From the NCBI GenBank assembly GCA_029953675.1, contig JAMWBK010000008.1, forward strand, positions 186,001 through 250,000: a DNA stretch of 64,000 nucleotides. Direction: 5' to 3'. This stretch comes from Rhodosorus marinus CCMP1338. Taxonomy: Eukaryota > Plantae > Rhodophyta. The notes below the pieces were generated by a model. That model did not search any database. It had not been told where the DNA came from and worked only from the letters and a program-made list of their open reading frames with translations. Positions 43,649 through 55,655 of this stretch are shown here, piece after piece (positions within the stretch are counted from its first letter, which is position 1; the number at the start of each line of letters is the position of its first letter). The position numbers and the translations under genes are program-made.

Positions 43649-46600
43649 GGACTTTGCTAGCATAGCCTGATGCGCTACGTAAGGCGTGAATATGAACTAA
43701 TAACTAGGGAGGGAAGCATGCAACCCCAGGCGCCGATGGCGCGCCTCGGAAAGCATGTCGCTGGAATATCGCCAAAGGGAGACACTTAAACGCCTCAAGA
43801 GCGCCAAATATTCAGTAGGATGCTCAGCAAAACATTTCCGCAACCACTCTAAACCCGACTTATCCACGTGACCAAAGCTTTCCACAATGAATGGCTGGAA
43901 CCGGTGAGAGCGACCCTCAGCGCAAGGCAGACTGGCCATGCTCTCAGCATACCGTCGTTCCTTAACTCTTCGAAGGGCTGAAGCCGCGGCCCCCCGGCGG
44001 CGGGCGGCTGCGATGAGGTGGGCGCTGGCCACGGGGCAGGTAATCGCAAGGTCCACATATGTTGAGCGTCTGGCAGCAGCGTCGGAGACGAGGAGATCGG
44101 CTATACAAAGGGGCGGTGCAGAGTCCGAGATTGATCTGGGCAGTTCCGACTCAACCTCAACCGTATGCCCTATCCGAGTCAAAAATTCGCTGAGGATGTA
44201 CTGGAGGCGAGTGTGACGCCTCGTACGGAGACCTCTCAACAGTCCGCAGCAACCCAGGAAGTGGTAGCCACAAGCGTCAATCCGGCTCTTACATCCCTGA
44301 CAGAAAGACGGCCGATTAGAGTGCCACGGAGCCTGTGGCAAACCGAGATAGATCCGTGCGGCAGAACGGAACTGGAAAGCATCGAGACGATGACTCAATG
44401 ACGACGGTAGAGTGGTTAACCACAAGTGCGAGAGGTGGCCTCCCATGCCGCGGAGACGAGCGGCAGTGGTAGGCGGCGTGAGAGGAGAATTGAGCATGAC
44501 TGTGTGAGCGGCACTGTGTTGGCCCCAGGTGAGGCTATGTTGAATCACATCAGTGCGGGAGCTCCACAATCGGCTCAAACCCGGGTAGTCTGCAACAGGT
44601 GACCCGGGGCTAGCCTCTCCGTCATCGGCAAGAACTCGGTCGAGGGGAGAATCCTCAATCGCTTCAGCTCGTCCCCATAACAGCTCCCTCCAGGAACGAA
44701 AGCGGGACCTATTTGCGTCCGGCACGGCGTTGCACCTCCTGAACGCGTGTTGAAGACCATCATAAATTGTCAAAGCGGGGGCGGCAGGGTCACTGGATCC
44801 TCGTTGGTCAAAGCTCGAGCCAAGAGGCAGGCACTTCGCATCTGTAAGGTCACCAACGTTCGCAGCGCGGTAGCCCAGGAGGCAACCGCCGCTGGCGAGC
44901 ATACCATCCCACGGTCTGCGACGCCGAATCCCCCTAATCGCAACGGTAGAGCGATCTGTGCACGAATCAAGTCCCTGTCGGGAGCAGCTTCAAGATCGAG
45001 GGGCTCATCCAAGAGCGTTCCCCAGTGTTGCAGAGTCATCTCGTCGGCTTTAGCCGCGATCCACGAGCCCCAAGCTGGAGGCAGGCTGCGCAACCAGTAG
45101 TTGAGTATGGGACCGGCACAAAAGCGGGAAAGCAAGAAGGCCGACTGCAGCATGCTGTCGGGTAGGTGCTCAATGGCGTCGGTGAGTTGCTTGTGCCGTG
45201 CCAAAACTCGCTCGCAGGATGCTTGGACAAAGTTGTCAGTCCCCAAGCCGACGCCGTGGTGTTCGAACCCTTCACGTTCGCTGATTAGTCGCAGAGTGGG
45301 TGGCAGAGAGGCCAGCGACACGTCCCTCGGGGGGAGAAAGCGACATTTTTCTGTTTCCACAGTCAAACCGACGCGACGTGCAATCGCTTCGATCTCGGTC
45401 AGCCCCCTAGCCAGGGTCTCAGGGGTGCCCAGCAATGTTACGTCATCGTGGTACGCGCAGATTCGAAGATCCGAGACCTCAGTCGAAAGACGTAAAAGTA
45501 CGAGCTGTAGGGCACAGGCATGAAGAAGAGGTCCGCAAGGGTCGCCTTGTTAGACGCCAGTATGTGCTTGAAAAACAGTGCCCTCCGTTGTCAAGTAGGG
45601 GAGGCTCTCGCCTCCGTAAATACCCGATAGAAACGGCCACGCCTCCGGAAACACCCGTCGGAGCACCTCTAGCGCATACGTCCGCGACACGCTGTTGAAT
45701 GCGTTCAGGAAATCAACCACCAAGACTCCCCACTCCGGCCTACTGGCGCGTTCTAGCTCGATCCCATGGGTGATCAGTTCGCAACCCCCAGAAAATCCCA
45801 CCCCTACTTGCAAGGGCGCCATAAAAGCTGTGACGCGCTGGCGAAGGCGCTGGCATAGCCACCTCCCGGCTAACTTCCGTGGCTCTCCACCATCCCGATC
45901 GGCCGGAGACGCGGGTGGGCCGGCTGGTGGTCAGGTTTCGTGAGCAAGCAAAGCTGTGCCTGCCGGAGATGTTCCCATGGCGCAGACGCACCCGATACGC
46001 CCTGGAACAACTTGTTAAAGATCCTCAGAAGCGCGCCAGGCTGGCTCAGGGCCTGCAATAGCTCTGTTCTTAGTCCGGAGGGTCCGGGACAGCGTCCCCG
46101 ACGCGAGGTACGAAGCAAATCCTCCAGGTCAGACTCACTGAGCGTCAGATCGATGCGAAACCTGGCCAACTCCGGACGGTCCAAGAATACCTCGAATTCA
46201 GGGGACAAATCCACGTCGGACTCAGGGAACAAAGACGACACCGTCTGGGCGAGACTATCATCGTAGGGGAGGACAGGCGCCTGGCCCTCCAAAACCCGCG
46301 CCGCTCGACTTAAATCGCCCACTGCTACCAATTTCTGTAGTCGAGCTGGCACGGGCGACACTGTGCCATGCCGAGTCCGACGGGCGGATGGTGCTGACGA
46401 CGCCAAATAGCTGCACTGTAGTACTTCGAAGTCTCCCTTCAAGAACAGGGCCAGTCGGTCTCGTACTCGCCATCTGCGCTCCGATGTGTGAATGGGGGCC
46501 AGAATCAGGCGCGGCATGACCCCCAGAAAAACCCAAATGACTGTGTCCCGAATGTTACGAGCCAGGCTCGTGAAGATGAAATCGAGAATGGTTCCAGCTA

Positions 46601-48740
46601 CTAGAAGGTCTCCACGAGGGAGGACGACTGGGGGAATGCCCCCACGGAGGGGAAGCGAGCCTCCTTCCAAAGAAATCCACCGCCGGAGCCAACTCCGAAA
46701 ACGCGTACGCCAAATGCCCCAGTCTCCGCCCTCCTCCAGGACATAAGACTGTAGATCCATAGGCTGCGACCTCGCAGCCGTGCCTGGAGCGCTAATCGTG
46801 CTTCTCCCCCTTAGACCCGGGGGAGTCGGTCCTCGCTCTCTTACCTCCTATCCGCACCAAAGTCGTGAGCCTCCCACTCCGCGAGGCTCGCGGAACGGAT
46901 CCCGCGGGCTTCAGCAAAGTAACCTGGGCGTCCTCCACCGCTATGCCCTCAGTCTGCTCCCCTGCCTCACCACTCTCGCTGGAAGTGGTGCTGGAAGCAG
47001 AGCCCTCCAAAATCCCCAACCGCTGCAGCTCTGTCTTGTAGCGCGAAGTCAGCACAAGTCGCCTCTCCAGATCGAAGAAGCTGGACACCGCCATGCGCAG
47101 GTGACGAGGGCCCGACCGGAACCGCTCCAACAAGATCCTCTCAAGGCGCTGAATCCGTAGCCAATGGATCGCTGCCGCCTTCACGCTGCTCTCATGCTCA
47201 GAGAGCCCTGCCGTTTCTCCCGGAGACAGGAAATTGCCCGAGGAACGGTCAAAATCGAAGTGCAAAACCACCTGCGGGTTGCAGCGCAGCCATTGGGCGC
47301 TCTCAGGCCACTGCTCGGTAGGCTTCGCCAGCAAGGCCTCCAGGTACCTGGCGGCGGTTGCGGAGACCAAAAACAGCACATCGCGGCCCTCATAGTTTGC
47401 GAAGAAGAAATCACCCCGGCTGCACCCTAACGATTCCGCAAAAGTGTCCCGGAAGTCTCGCATAGACGGAACCTGTCCTCGTGTAGTCTGGGGCCGGACA
47501 TTTCGCACCCACAGAAATTGGAGAGTGGTCTCCACAGGTCCATCCTGAGGCTCGCGAGATGGTAGGAAACGGAGCATAGCCGCCGTACGTGTGGCGGTGG
47601 TGCCCTTTCGCAAGACTGAGGCGTACGAAGCGCCCCCCTTGCGGCCACCACGTGCCCCCGCAGTAACCGGGAGCTGGTGACCACCTGAGGGCTGGTCCAA
47701 GAGAGGGAAGTCCACAGCTGCAGTCTCCTCCACACCGGTTGCCGCACAATCACCACCACCATTGCCTCGAGTCCCCGAGCGCTGAGGCGCGTTTTGGCCC
47801 GGCCTGCCGCTCCCCAACGTCGTACTGTCCCGCGCAGAAGCAACCGCCCACGCCTGTCCCGGGACAGGTTCATGTTGATTGACCTTATGTTGACTGCCTT
47901 CAGCCAACGCTGCCACTCTGGCGCAATTCAAATTCTCGTCCGAATTTGAATTTGACCTGGCCAGCAATCCCGATTCCAGCCCACCTAGCTTCTGGGTGAG
48001 CTGAGGGAGCACTCCACGATCACTCGCAGCCGTGATCAGGCTGGTGACAGCGGAGATAAGTGCACGCGCCTGGGTGCCAGAAGCGCCTTCCAAGTCAACC
48101 TCGGAAGAAAAGGTGCCACAGCTGAGGCGAACACGGAGTCCCCCACCTGGAAGTGCCTCCTTGGGAGGAGGCTCCGTCGAGCGCGGAGATATCCCTACCA
48201 TCCTGAGGGAATGCGCAAAGGAAACGTTGCACCACCAATATGAAACCGCACCGAGAGAATAATCGACCAAACCCAACCCAAATTGTGGAAAGCTTTGGTC
48301 ACGTGGATAAGTCGGGTTTAGAGTGGTTGCGGAAATGTTTTGCTGAGCATCCTACTGAATATTTGGCGCTCTTGAGGCGTTTAAGTGTCTCCCTTTGGCG
48401 ATATTCCAGCGACATGCTTTCCGAGGCGCGCCATCGGCGCCTGGGTTGCATGCTTCCCTCCCTACTTATTAGTTCATCTTCACGCCTTGCGTAGCGCTTC
48501 AGGCTATGCTAGTAAAGTCCAATAGGAAAGGCCCCGCAACACACCCACCCGGAAGACAGAAGTAGTTGCAAATGCAAACGACGCACCGCGAAAAATCGAG
48601 GGGAAGGCGTACCAGAGGAAGCGCTTCCCGTAAAAGAACACGCTCGCGACCGAAAAAGAAACAAAACCCCAATCCTCACAACTTTACCTCAATGCTGATC
48701 AGCTCATATACTCAGAAACTCGGGCGCCTTTCTTTTTTTA
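43649..48740 (-). mobile_element. Family B full-length copy B4 nested in copia integrase, 8-bp TSD CTTGGTCT
   Basis: TSD at 43641-43648 and 48741-48748. Removal restores ILNARPRRSNNESPW. ORF2 has frameshifts and a stop in GVQQGD. Confidence 0.94.
48284..48520 (+). mobile_element. Family B 3' fragment inserted antisense into the 5' UTR of B4
   Basis: Interrupts ACCCAAAT/AGGAAAGG, which is contiguous at about 36380-36395 in B2x. Confidence 0.88.
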
Positions 48741-48798
48741 CTTGGTCTTGCGTTCAGTATCCTCTCGATAATTTGTAGGGTCTCCGTCCAGGAGCTTT

Positions 48799-50212
48799 TC
48801 ATATGCCTGACTGGTACAAGAGTACCCGCATGAGCATTAGGATGCTCCGATTGACTCGCTCCGAGATCCCGTTCGTTTCCGCGCTGTATGGGGGCGTCGT
48901 GTCCAGCGTGATCCCTAGCTTCTTGAGTTTTTCTTGCATGCCAATGTATTCGCCTCCTCCTTCGGAATGGACCGTAATTACTTTTTGACCCGACAAACGC
49001 TCGAAATATGGCATATATTCATCGAATGCCTCAGAGACGTCGTTTTTTCTTTGTATCGGGTATATTTTTGGAAGTCTCGATACTTCGTCTGTAAAGGTAA
49101 CCCAGTATTCTGCTCCTTTCGATTTGGGCAGCTTTCCGCAGACGTCCGTGTGAATCGTCTCTCCAGGGCGGCTGGCGTGTGCCAGTGTTCCTGCCCTGGA
49201 TCCTCGTCTTAGTTTTGTTACCGTACATGTTTCACAGTCCGGGGTTGACGATGCCCGTTGGATTTGTTTCACTTTCTGCCAGCCCGTGTGACCTAGCCTT
49301 CGGTGTAGTTTGCTTAGGTCACGCACTGAGTTTAGTTGTAGACTTTTCGTTGTCCACGACGCCAGTACATACGTGCTGTTTATCAGCTTTGCGCTTGCAA
49401 CCACTGCGCCTCCTTTTTCGTAGAATTTACAAACTTTCTTATCGAAATTGACGCTGTATCCTTTCTTCACAATCGTAGGCACAGATAGGTAGTTTCCCTC
49501 GATGCCAGGTAGGTATAAAACGTCCTCGATCGTTATTAGTTGTTGCCTATCGCCAACTGTCGTTGCGATGACCACTGTTCCCATTTCATTTCCGCTGATC
49601 GTTCGTTGGTCTGGGAGAGTTACTGTATTGATCTTGGATTCCTTGATTGTCGCGAACAAACTTCGTTGAGCCGAACATGTGGGCCGTTGCTCCGGAGTCG
49701 ATGACTATATCGTTTGGATTTGCACTGAGGCCTAGTGCAAATAGGGTTTCTTTGTCCGGTTCCTTGCCGCGGCGTTGGGAATTCTTGCTCCGGCACTCCT
49801 TTTGGAAATGTCCATACCGGTTGCACTTGCGGCATTTGATATGTGCCTTGCATTGTGCTGTTTTGTGGTTGTGCCTTCCACATTTTTCGCACTTTCGACT
49901 TGTGTTTTTGGACTGCATCCGCATGATCGCGTGCTCGTTGGGTTTTGATGTTTGCGTTGGCCTTCGGACACCTTCCAGGCGGGCTCTCATGGTTTCCCAG
50001 TCGAGTTGGTCCTTGGAAATGTTCTTCAGGCCTTCGATGGTTGCATCGAAGACGCTTTCATCCTTCAGGATCAGGCATACGTGACCCAAACGCTGTATGG
50101 CTTTGTACTCTGTTGTATCGAGTTTGAATACTTTAGAGTAGTATTCTTCGAGCCATGTGAGTAGCCCTAGCGTCGTCTCATCCGGTTTTAGTCTCCTTGT
50201 GAGCAATTCCAC
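48799..50212 (-). pseudogene. Copia gag (two CCHC knuckles), protease and integrase, frameshifted
   Basis: CEKCGRHNHKTAQC, CRKCNRYGHFQKEC, IVIDSGATAHM, HRRLGH, IHTDVCG, NGISERVNR. Confidence 0.9.
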
Positions 50213-50411
50213 TTGCCTCGAGATGGCGGCGTCGTGTAGTCCAGCCAGCTTGAGTGGTTCGATAATGCTGGATTTCCAGTAGTTCTAGTCGTCAGGGCCC
50301 TCCAACTTTGGGCATCTAAGGAAGCATCCCACGGCGTCCATCCTGCTGCACCAAATCAAACCTCCTTCCTGCTTGTCCTTCTCTTTTCTTTTTTTTTTCA
50401 AACGTAAGACT

Positions 50412-50422
50412 GGCTCATAACC
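50412..50422 (-). other. Primer binding site GGTTATGAGCC (initiator tRNA-Met anticodon-arm, half-tRNA type)
   Basis: Immediately inside the 5' LTR. Complementary to GGCUCAUAACC of tRNAiMet. Confidence 0.85.
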
Positions 50423-50741
50423 TGTTGACAAATTAGGTGTTCATGTGCGTGTTTCATTTTATATTGTTATGTCTCTCAGTGTCTCCCTCACTAGGATGAC
50501 AAACCGATCTTGGCTTATATAGGCATCAGACTTGGTTAACCCTCATGCTTCGAAGTCACTTCATGGTATACGCGCGTGTGTCTTGATTCAACAGGTTAGC
50601 TTCCATCCTAAAGTCTGCACGCCCATTTTGTCGGTCATCAACACGTTCCAAGGCCACGTGCTAGGATGGCATTGTATCAGCAACTCTGACAAACTCTTCG
50701 TCGGTGAAGGGAGTCGCTTCGATTGTACACGTTTGCTAACA
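50423..50741 (-). repeat. 5' LTR (319 bp)
   Basis: TGTTGACAAATT..GTTTGCTAACA. Confidence 0.95.
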
Positions 50742-50927
50742 AGCTGAACTATCTCAGCTTGGTTTTGCACTTTGTTTCACAGTTGCTACAAAACTTCAGT
50801 AAATCCTAAGCTCGAGCGCATAGTCGTTGATAAATGCAATAGTCCTGCTAACGTCACTGAGTTTGCTCGCAAACGCTCGGATTTGTTGACAAATGGTCCC
50901 TTTGTATTTATCTTGTTGCTTTCATCT

Positions 50928-51349
50928 GGACTTTACTAGCATAGCCTCAAGCGCTACGCAAGGCGTGAAGATGAACTAATAACTAGGGAGGGAAGCATGC
51001 AACCCCAGGCGCCGATGGCGCGCCTCGGAAAGCATGTCGCTGGAATATCGCCAAAAGGAGACACTTAAACGCCTCAAGAGCGCCAAATATTCAGTAGGAT
51101 GCTCAGCAAAACATTTCCGCAACCACTCTAAACTCGACTTATCCACGTGACCAAAGCTTTCCACAATGAATGGCTGGAACCGGTGAGAGCGACCCTCAGC
51201 GCAAAGGCAGACTGGCCATGCTCTCAGCATACCGTCGTTCCTTAACTCTTCGAAGGGCTGAAGCCGCGGCCCCCCGGCGGCGGGCGGCTGCGGTGAGGTG
51301 GGCGCTGGCCACGGGGCAGGTAATCGCAAGGTCCACATATGTTGAGCGT
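50928..51349 (-). mobile_element. Family B 5'-truncated 3' fragment
   Basis: Near-identical to the B 3' end including the tail. Confidence 0.9.
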
Positions 51350-52189
51350 AAAGAAGCGTACACCGTAACAGTTTAGCCAGATGACATGGCTTCTAACTAC
51401 GAACTTGAACGAGAATGTGTCTAACACGTTCATTCGCTTGTTTAGCTGGGCTTTACTAGCATAGCCTGACTTGGAGGCTACTAGGTGGCTGGTCGGCTCT
51501 CCCAGGCCAGAAAAGGATTCATGATCTGGTTTGATGATTACTTACATAATTCTCAAAAGAAAGCTATCCGAATGGAGGTCGTCTTGGTCAGAAGACGCGT
51601 GGTGATTCGCACTAGTGCCGGTTTATGCTGCTAATGCGTCGTGGCAGACGAACTCAAGGAGGTTGAAGTTGGTCTCGGCCCTGAGTGACGGTGACCGAAA
51701 AGATCGCTTGTCAGAGCTGCGTGGAATAGTGACACAGCGGGATCCACAACGAGGCCTTGACTAACGTCTGGGTCCTTGGCTCGGGGGTTTGACCGCTTGT
51801 GCCACTTGTGATTGAATGCCAGCGGTTTAGGAATCACACGCCTTGCGAACCTGGTTGCTCGCCTTAGTTTCGTGCTGTGGTCAAGTAAAGCGCTTTTGTT
51901 CCTCGACGCTAGTTCTCTGGGCATGTTTGGATAGCCGAGTTTGATCCTTCAGAAAGTTCGGCTCCGATTAAACGATCTGGTTATTTGCTTGTAATAATAG
52001 ATCCGATCTATGCAAGCATCGACTGTATCGGAGAGATTCCTGGGTAACTACTGAATTCTCATGTTGTCATAGCCCTGGTAATCTTACGAAATGAACTCCT
52101 ACCTGTGAAAGACATGGTAGTTTCCAGCGATGCATATAAAAAGGATGTCGTATGGCAATGTGAATATTAGGCACGGCCACTCTCCATCT

Positions 52190-53620
52190 CTCCATGGTTA
52201 GCGCGCAGGGTCTGCATCCAAGCGAGTAGAAGGCAATGGGCTGGATGCGTAGCCGAGTGGCGAAGCCCAGTCCCCCCCATCGACAGGGTAGGCCGATTTG
52301 TTCGTGGATAGGTTGCAGGTAGTCAGGGTCTTCAATAGCTGCTGTGGTAAGGCCTCCAAATAGGGTTTCCAGATGATACCGGGTCAGGGCATCTGCCTCG
52401 CGCGCCAGGGTCTTTCCAACAGGACAGCAAGACATCTTAGATGGTAGTCCAGCCGGGTTTCCGCACTAAACCTAAACAGGGCGACTTTCGTGGTCAGTTC
52501 CTATGCCGGTAATTGTGCTTATCTCCTTAAATGGACTTAAATAGCTTCTCATGCTTGTGTTGTAGCTTGCGGCACTCGCCGTGGATATAAACGCGTGCTC
52601 CTAGCGGTATCGAGTGGATTGTGACGCCTTTTCGCATTGCGGTCACTCCAGGAATGTCACGGTCCAGCAGACGAGGCGTGGTCAGAGTTGTGCCCTAGAG
52701 AGTGCACTGCTTAGCTGCAGTCTGGCTGAACGGGGGGGGAGCATAGTTTGAGCCCAGCCGCGTGTATCCGTCAGCGGCTATAGAGGTCCCACGAGTGTGA
52801 TGTCGTCGTGGATGGCTACTGTGGTTAGATCAAGGACTTTGTGGTGTAATGCTTCCAGAAAAGGGGCCAGGGATAGCGCGTGTAAAATCGGTCCAAGGGG
52901 GTCAACTTGTTGTAAACCCGTTGTGGTCTGCAGCGTCAGGCGATTGGTAGCGGTTTGGTCTGGTCCGTGAGTAACGCGCCAGCCAAAAGGAGTAGGGTAG
53001 TCCGAGCTGTCAGTTGCGTAGCCAAGCCGCTTCCAGCTCTGGAAAATGGTGGTCCAGTAGTTGCTTTGCAGTCCGGCGGTCGATGTTGAACGCATTCTCA
53101 AGGTCGAGTCGTAAGACGACTCCATCAGGTTCAGGACTTCGGGTACGCTACGGGGACCCCAATAGGGCGAACACCTGGCTTCGTTTCCGGGACATTGTTG
53201 GTCGTGCTGCTGCGCAGTGCCCAGCTTAGAGGATGTGCAAAATTTCTCTGGTGCAGTACTGCTAGTTGCCGGAGGACGCGGATCAGAGCCACTCGGATGT
53301 CCTCAGTGGCCCCTGCAGATGTTCTGCGCGGAGTCCGCTTTGCCCAGGGCAAGTGCCTTGGGAAGACGGGCTACGACCGCGAGGATGCCTTCATCTGCGG
53401 TATGTCTGCCATTCCTCCTTCGCCAAAGGGTGTCAGTGTCCTTAGAGGAGAGCTTGCATGGCGTCCTCAATAGCATCCGGGAGAGTTCGCTCCTCAGGCT
53501 TCGGGAACCTGCCCACGAGTTGTCGCCAGGTGGCCTGAGTAGGGTTGTGCAAGAAGTGAAGTGCCCACCCCGGGCCGGGGAAAAATAGGTGGGCAATATT
53601 TCGCATTTGCCACTCTCGGT
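52190..53620 (-). mobile_element. Degenerate family A subfamily RT fragment (A3)
   Basis: RPIGVP, LRLDLENAFN, GLQQVDPLGP, VAIHDDITLVGP, IGLPCRWGGLGF. Frameshifted. Confidence 0.8.
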
Positions 53621-53828
53621 GGGATATAAAAATTTGAGCGAACCGGGAGGTGGAATTACCGAGGCCGGTTCGTCGGCGTAGCGGCCTGGAGGTGTTTTTC
53701 TCGCAGCCCACTAGGGTCTGGGCCCGCTTTGGCCGGGAGACGATCACGGCAAAGAGCGATTCATCGTTCGCAGCTGTTGGGTCCCATTATCGGGGCGGGT
53801 CTGTGTTTGCGTCTCCTCGGCTGCAACC

Positions 53829-54150
53829 GTAACGTTTACTAGGTAGCTGCCTACTGCAGCGCAACACGGGGTCTAGAACTAGCTAAGGGAACCCCGGACT
53901 AAAATATCGTACGATGACCTCTCAATAGTCATTGGCAGAAGGAAGGACGCTTGGAGTGCCAAGGAGCCTGTGGCAAACCCAGGTAGGTCCGTGCCGCAGT
54001 CTGGAACTGGAAGGCGCCCAGACGTTGAACCCCAGACTAACGTGGCCCGGTGACGAGGTTTTAGAGTGGTTAACCACAGGTGGGATAGAAAACCTCCCAT
54101 GCCGCGTAGACGAGCCGCGGTTGTGGGCGGTGTGAGCGGAGCGTTGAGAG
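53829..54150 (-). mobile_element. Family A 3'-end remnant followed by a B-like fragment containing one 16-mer unit
   Basis: GCAACC then GTAACGTTTACTAGGTAGCTGCCTACTGCAGCGCAACAC. B-like HLWLTTL..ARTYLG region with AACCCCAGACTAACGT at 54028-54043. Confidence 0.7.
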
Positions 54151-54263
54151 AGATTGCGCAGCTGCTCTGTGTCTTAAAATCAATTTATGTGAGAGTCGGT
54201 ATGGTCTGCAAATAACTTAATCCATTTAGTTTTCCCTAGGTTTTTGAAAGTGCTGCAGCTCCC

Positions 54264-55655
54264 TCAGGGCAGGTCCAAGTAGCTGCAGGGTAGGTTGAAC
54301 GGTGGAAATGCGGTCGCAGACTCAATAAGTCCTACCATGGATCCGTAGGCGCCAGCAACACAGATCACAACTGACAGAACGATCAAGAGCGCGCAAAATA
54401 GCTTCATGTAGATGCTTATTCGCTTGTTAAAAATAACCCAGTATGCGATGCTTGGGAACAGAAATGTCAGGATCGTGCTGCTGAAAGCTCCAGTCAGTCC
54501 CACCAAGTCACCGATGAACGGGATTAGAAGCGCTAGCAACAGTTCAAGTGTCACGATCGACGCCCTTAGCAGTACGCGAGTAACACCCGCTGGCATACCG
54601 TATGATCTAGGCTTTCTCCACCCGAGGAGTGGGATCTTCAGGACTGTCTGGACAGCCATCATCGAAATAATGTTTCCGATCACGAGCGCTCCGAAGAAGG
54701 CGAGCAGCATGAAAACGTTCCCGACGGTGACCGATACGTTCCAGGTAAAATTGTCGAAAATGTTGATTTGTGCCTCAGTGCCGAACATGCCGTAACCCAG
54801 GAACCCGACTACAACCATCGTAACCCCGAGCGTGGCGTACATCCAGTAAATCGACACCTTGAACTTTTCTGGTTCTTTCATCTCCCTTCGGGCCTCTGGG
54901 AATAGGGCATGGCCTCCGAAGGCGAAGCAGATTCCCGCCATTCCGTTGAAAACCGTGGTAACGTTGCCGATGTTGTAGCTGACCTCCTCAAGTTTTCCCG
55001 TGACGGCTATGTTCACGATTATCAGAACGAAGAGCACCGCCATGGAAGACATACTGAGTACGTTAACTCCAAAACTCTCATGGAATGTAGGTATCTGGGA
55101 CAGAAAAACGGTAAATCCGTAGGAGATGACAATCCACCAGGTGTAGCATGGCTGAGGGAAGATAGCCTGGAAAAACTGGGCACAGAAACCCAGATTCGCC
55201 ACTGAAATGAGAAACTGTCCAATGGCTTGGGAAGTCCATATTATCCAGAAACCAGCTCGTCGCCCGTGCTTGCTCCCCTTGAAGAGCTTCGCGCCGACAT
55301 ACCCGCCCAAGTCCGGATAACTCAGAATCTGTGGCTTATCTTCAGAAATTTTGTCCAGCATCAGACCGGTGACTAGGCTATGACTCCAACCCCAAACCAG
55401 GACTACGACAGCCAGCGCCCATCCCATGCCGGAGAAAAATCCGGGAACCATGAGGAAGTTGAGCGTCACCGCGATAAGCATCAAGTATGTCTTAAAAGGA
55501 CCAGACCGCCTCAATTTTTCCTCCTGCTCGTGCAGAAACGTATTCGCTCCTTCGGCGGCTTCTGCGTTAGCATCCTTAACCGCATTTTCCTCCGCATCAT
55601 AGTCCGCATCAATATGCGGCTCCAGGTGCTCCGGATCCAAGAAGTCCAGGCCCAT
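54264..55655 (-). CDS. Amino acid permease, AAAP/Aa_trans family, 463 aa
   Basis: About 11 hydrophobic segments. Motifs SYPDLG, FAFGGH.LFPE..EMKEP.KF, GY..FG, LLIPF.GDL.GL.GA. Confidence 0.9.
   Translation of the reverse strand: MGLDFLDPEHLEPHIDADYDAEENAVKDANAEAAEGANTFLHEQEEKLRRSGPFKTYLMLIAVTLNFLMVPGFFSGMGWALAVVVLVWGWSHSLVTGLMLDKISEDKPQILSYPDLGGYVGAKLFKGSKHGRRAGFWIIWTSQAIGQFLISVANLGFCAQFFQAIFPQPCYTWWIVISYGFTVFLSQIPTFHESFGVNVLSMSSMAVLFVLIIVNIAVTGKLEEVSYNIGNVTTVFNGMAGICFAFGGHALFPEARREMKEPEKFKVSIYWMYATLGVTMVVVGFLGYGMFGTEAQINIFDNFTWNVSVTVGNVFMLLAFFGALVIGNIISMMAVQTVLKIPLLGWRKPRSYGMPAGVTRVLLRASIVTLELLLALLIPFIGDLVGLTGAFSSTILTFLFPSIAYWVIFNKRISIYMKLFCALLIVLSVVICVAGAYGSMVGLIESATAFPPFNLPCSYLDLP

Larger units (their letters stand above)
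41025..50741 (-). mobile_element. Ty1/copia LTR retrotransposon, decayed, with nested insertions
   Basis: TG..CA LTRs, 5-bp TSD AGCTG (41020-41024, 50742-50746), domain order gag-PR-INT-RT-RNaseH, PBS and PPT present. Confidence 0.96.

Noticed and set aside
50884-50894. TGTTGACAAAT matching the LTR start
   Set aside because: Only 11 bp with no further LTR similarity; not a solo LTR.
51448-51520. Second copy of the B1 target locus (AGCTAAA plus AAAAGGATTCAT)
   Set aside because: The flanking match is in the wrong orientation; only a roughly 25-bp B tail is supported.
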